Assembly (NCBI GenBank): GCA_045837725.1
Contig: JBEWZL010000270.1
Location: 1-64,000 of the forward strand
Direction: 5' to 3'
Length of the DNA: 64,000 bases
Source: Vermamoeba vermiformis
Taxonomy: Eukaryota
Both the position numbers and the translations under genes were made by a program. This document shows, piece by piece, positions 59,988-64,000 of the stretch (position 1 is its first letter; each line of letters starts with the position of its first letter). The notes below the pieces were generated by a model. It had not been told where the DNA came from. It made no database searches and saw only the letters and a program-made list of their open reading frames with translations.

Positions 59988-62900
59988 TTATTGGTTACAA
60001 GAAGGAATAAAAGGCAAGCAAGACAAATATCTGCAATTAGGACACCAGTGGTTGATAGGAGGCAATCCCTAATAAAAAAATTGCTCGTTAGAATTTTGAA
60101 CCACATCCAAATGTTGTCGGCCAAAAATCATCTCATTATAATTATATAATTGTCGTGTAGTGCATGCCATATGGTATCACTTACCGAATAGAACACTACG
60201 TATGGTACAATGAATACAGCAAGCATAATTGGTGTGACAACCAACACTTGGATCAAACGAGCCTTGCGATTGAACTTTCCAATGTGCATTGCTGGAATGA
60301 ATACGATACCACTGAGAATACCCATAATGAATCTACAATATTAAATACATTAATACATATCGACTAAGGTATTGTTCAATCATCCATTGGGAGGATAGAT
60401 CCGAAACCGAAAAAATAAACTCGATTGTAATGGAGCCATTATTGTAACAAGGCAATTCCTGTAAATACATACCCTCCAAGATGACAGTAGTTATCTACAC
60501 CAGGCATCAGACCCATTGCAAATGACACGAGCAAACCAACTATCATGATAATCAAACTGCGCTTAGGATTCGGCACTGCTTTCCAATTCTTCAACAAATC
60601 AACGAGCAACACTCCGTAGAAGCCGAATAGAGCTCTAATATATGAAAATAAACTTATTAAAAGCCGTACAAAAAAATTAATCAGGTTTTCACCTCCACAT
60701 CCGGAAGCTAAATTTCAAAGAGGTGAAATTTTCTACTGATCTCGATGTTATATTATAACCTTTTGGTCTAAACTTACCCAGAAGCACCGACTGAGACAGT
60801 TCCAGGCAAGAAAATAGCGGAGAAAATGTTTCCGAAAGCACCGCTCAACATGTAGACTGGCCACACGCGGAACGAGCCGTGCAAGCGCTCTAATTTGAGA
60901 CCAACGAAGATTTGCGTGAGTAAATTCATCGCAATGTGCACAAAGCCGGAGTGCAAGAACATCGCCGTGATGAATCGCCACCATTGGTTCTTGTAGATAA
61001 TGTCGGGGTTGAATCGACCGCCAGTAACTGTAACACAGTATTATTATTAATATATGACAACTAATAACAATCAAAGGGCAAGATGGTATGGAAAATTTCG
61101 CGTAGATCAGCAGATCTCAGCATTTGCTCAACAATTTGTATGACGCTATATCGATCACCCGTATATATTATATGCCCTATCCAACGACTTCTCCAACAAT
61201 ATGATCTAATAGTGCATGTACGTACCGATCAGAATGTAAGCAGGAGGTCCCAACATCGGGTTGGACGCGGGTGCTTCAAATCCACCGAGCACGAGTTCCC
61301 AAATCAACAACATGACGTTGATTGCTGACACGACCACGGTGAAGTACGGCGAGCGATTGTTCATCACAATTGGCGGCAACTTTTTCTTGGGCTTGTGACC
61401 CTTTTTCACTGTAAACGAACGTGTCAAACAACATTGGAGATTACATCATATTAATGCTTATTGATATAATTCGCTTAAATCACCGATTAATTAATAACAT
61501 AAGCGCAAATACCGCGAAAAAAATTCGGTTTCGTAGCGAGATCTTTTTGAGTATGGTATGACTGACATAATTACGAGCCAATCATACAGACATTATTAAT
61601 CGATATAAATTTAAGCCTATTATCTGAATATAAATGTCACGTACTGTTAGCTTGAGCTGAGGCCACTGTGCGTTGTTCTTGTTTGCGTGGCCGACCACGA
61701 CCTCTGCCATGACCTTTGCCTCTGTAATGATACAAATATGTTAACAACGTGCATATTATAGTGCATATATGTCGTTAATAAGGGACTTACTGATATTGGC
61801 TGCGCTGTGTCGTGTCAATAACAACGGCTCGGGTAATCCTTAAAAATAGTTCACAATTAGAATTCGAATCAGGGAACTAAAGTTTCGGGAATTTGATCAA
61901 ATTTGCTACAATGCATTGGACTATTATAGAAATTTTTAAGATTAAATTTGGGAGTTGGTCATGAAACTCCGCAAAAATAGATCTGGCGAGATAAAAATTG
62001 CAAATTCGAATAGTGTAAATCTATGCTTACTCAGGGAATAACGGCATATCAGCTGTGCTTGCGTTCACAACAAATGAGTCATTTCGTCCGTGCTTTGGAG
62101 TTAGATTTGACTGAGCGATCTCAAGATTCGTTGGGGACTAAATAAAACGCCATTAATATAAGCCCTTATATTTGAATAGGTCATTATAATAATATGAAGA
62201 TCTTGATTAAACTCCAAGGTCTGAAATGCGAAGTTTGTGTGATCAGTAAACATTAGAAATATCGCTTTGGACTCGCTTTAAAATTTAAATATGTTATATT
62301 AATATTAGCTTTTTGTCATGCCTCAATATTACATAAAATCTACGATATTAAAGAATTAAAATTGAAGCAAATTTCGAAACGTTAATTAACTAAAAATATT
62401 AATCCGCTGTAATACTTACTAAAGCTAAGAAAGAGTCCATACGCTTTGCAGTTAGATGTAACGATGATGGTGAAGTCGTAGAAGGTGCTAAAATTGAATT
62501 TGTATTTGAGATTGGTTGATCAGCGTGACCATTCATGTGGCCGTTAATGGGCTCCTTCGTCATCTCCACTTCATCGCTATTTAATGATCCTTCGAGCTCT
62601 TCCAAACTCTCATCATCACTGCTGCTTCCTTCCTCAGATTCAGATTCGGGTTCTTCGTCCTTGATCTCGAAGAAGCTTGCAGTGTTAGCGGGCTGCTTCT
62701 CATTAGTGCCTAAGAACGAGTCTACTGAATGCAATATATGCGTAGAAACTCTTTTAAGCAAGCTGGGAGCTTTTGAGGGTTTTTCAGGGCTTTCATCTCC
62801 AGCTGGAGCTTGATAAGCCGAGTAGGGATTTCCGCCGCCCGCTTGCCAATTGCTCATTCTCTTCGACACTTATTAATCTCTTGTCGATGAGACGTGGTCG

Positions 62901-62993
62901 TGCGTTGGTTTGGGACGTAAAATTAAATTTAGAAAATTATCCAACGGAATTATTTCCGATAATTCACATTAGTGCTGAGCAATTACGCTCCAT
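59988..62993 (-). CDS. Rhomboid family intramembrane serine protease with a long cytosolic N-terminus
   Basis: QWWRFITAMFLHSGFVH, GASG catalytic Ser motif, DNYCHLG-G catalytic His. Start tentative. Confidence 0.9.
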
Positions 62994-63161
62994 ATAAACT
63001 TCATACCGATTTAGAAGACTTTATTTCTTCTGTTGTTTATAAGATGCCCCTATCTAACGTGCAATAGTTTTATTTACATTCGAAAAATAAATAGTGGAGG
63101 CGTGGATGGAAGGTATTTACAAATAAATAGTCCTATCTGCTATGTGTACTATAATATATTA

Positions 63162-64000
63162 TTAGGACTTATCAATAAAAGTCCAAATTTCAATCACAGA
63201 GATCGAGAAGTGTTCTTTGGATGCAAGAGGTCGATTCAAGAACGTGTCTGTGAGCTCTGATGTGCCTTTATGGAGTTCCTTGTCGACGTATAATCCATAT
63301 TTACTAAGCAAATGAATAACCGTTAGAAAACACAGCCAAAACTACGGATGTGGATCGCGATCACGTACCCAGCTTTTCCGCCACCAAATGCGAAGAACTC
63401 GTCATTAGAAATATGGAAAAAATCGTTTTGCTTCGTCCAATAATAAACATGCGCCGTTGGCTCGAGACTGAACAAGAAGTTTTCGCCTAATCCGTAGAAC
63501 GAATCTGACTTCTTCCATTCTTCAGTAATGTAAGCTCCGAAAACCTATTATATGGTATTAATGCATATAATGTGCGATCACAATAACATATGGACGATCT
63601 GTGTCGTGGATGTGGATCCTGTACTACTTACGTAACCACCAGTGTCTCTAATTAACAATACAGTTGGACTTTTTCCTTCGACTTTTCTATAAAAAGTCGC
63701 AAGACTTGCGCCATGAACTGCATCGCTGTACACTAACGACCAATCTTTGATCTTCAACCTGAACGGCAAATAGCGCCAGATCTGCGCGATGAATGCAATT
63801 AGTACCATATTTTAATATATTATTACACTACACTTACTTGGCTGAGATTATTAGGGCTCAATATCTTGGAGTCTCCGTGGAGCTTTGGCTTCAACTCTTC
63901 GTACGGCAATCGACCTGCCTCACTCTCGCTATGATTAATGTGTTAGTAATTATTGTACAACGTTAATAGCACCACACTATTACTATCAATGGTTTGCTCT
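63162..64000 (-). CDS. TLDc-domain protein (OXR1/NCOA7-like), 5' part outside the window
   Basis: WSLVYSDAVHGASLATFY...VFGAY...FYGLGENFLF...FGGG...YGLYVD...IEIW. Confidence 0.9.

Overview
Gene-dense eukaryotic DNA with many short (about 45-60 nt) GT-AG introns that usually carry a CTAA/CTGAC-type branch point. The gene content suggests a free-living amoeboid protist (probably Amoebozoa; inference only). The supplied ORF track is therefore mostly exon fragments and shadow ORFs, and I rebuilt gene models by hand, so some boundaries are approximate. The window has two parts. (1) 1 to ~13.8 kb looks like one arm of a large, probably mobile element. It has four co-oriented, minus-strand, intron-containing genes with no housekeeping identity. 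One is a GC-rich gene with a ParB/Srx-type DGQHR motif that the ORF track missed. Another has spliced motifs (DIGLD...IKAYHR...GPRIE) in the order of Rep_trans/MOB_T rolling-circle initiators. The block also holds several families of palindromic repeats, including seven ~48-bp units each with a 20-bp palindrome, and a candidate terminus near 13.8 kb. (2) ~14.2-64 kb is host-like: F-box/LRR, ankyrin-KH, Kelch-EGF receptor tyrosine kinase, a CpG-depleted P-loop NTPase + PD-(D/E)xK nuclease (Crinkler-like) gene, an alsin-like RCC1-DH-PH-MORN-VPS9 gene with an antisense HSP20 nested in an intron, FUN14, four LRR paralogs with a C-terminal F-box-like motif, an ICMT-like gene, a Zn-finger/PQGY-repeat protein, two tandem F-box/eEF1A-like fusion genes, a rhomboid protease and a TLDc gene. 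No tRNA, rRNA or CRISPR array is supported.
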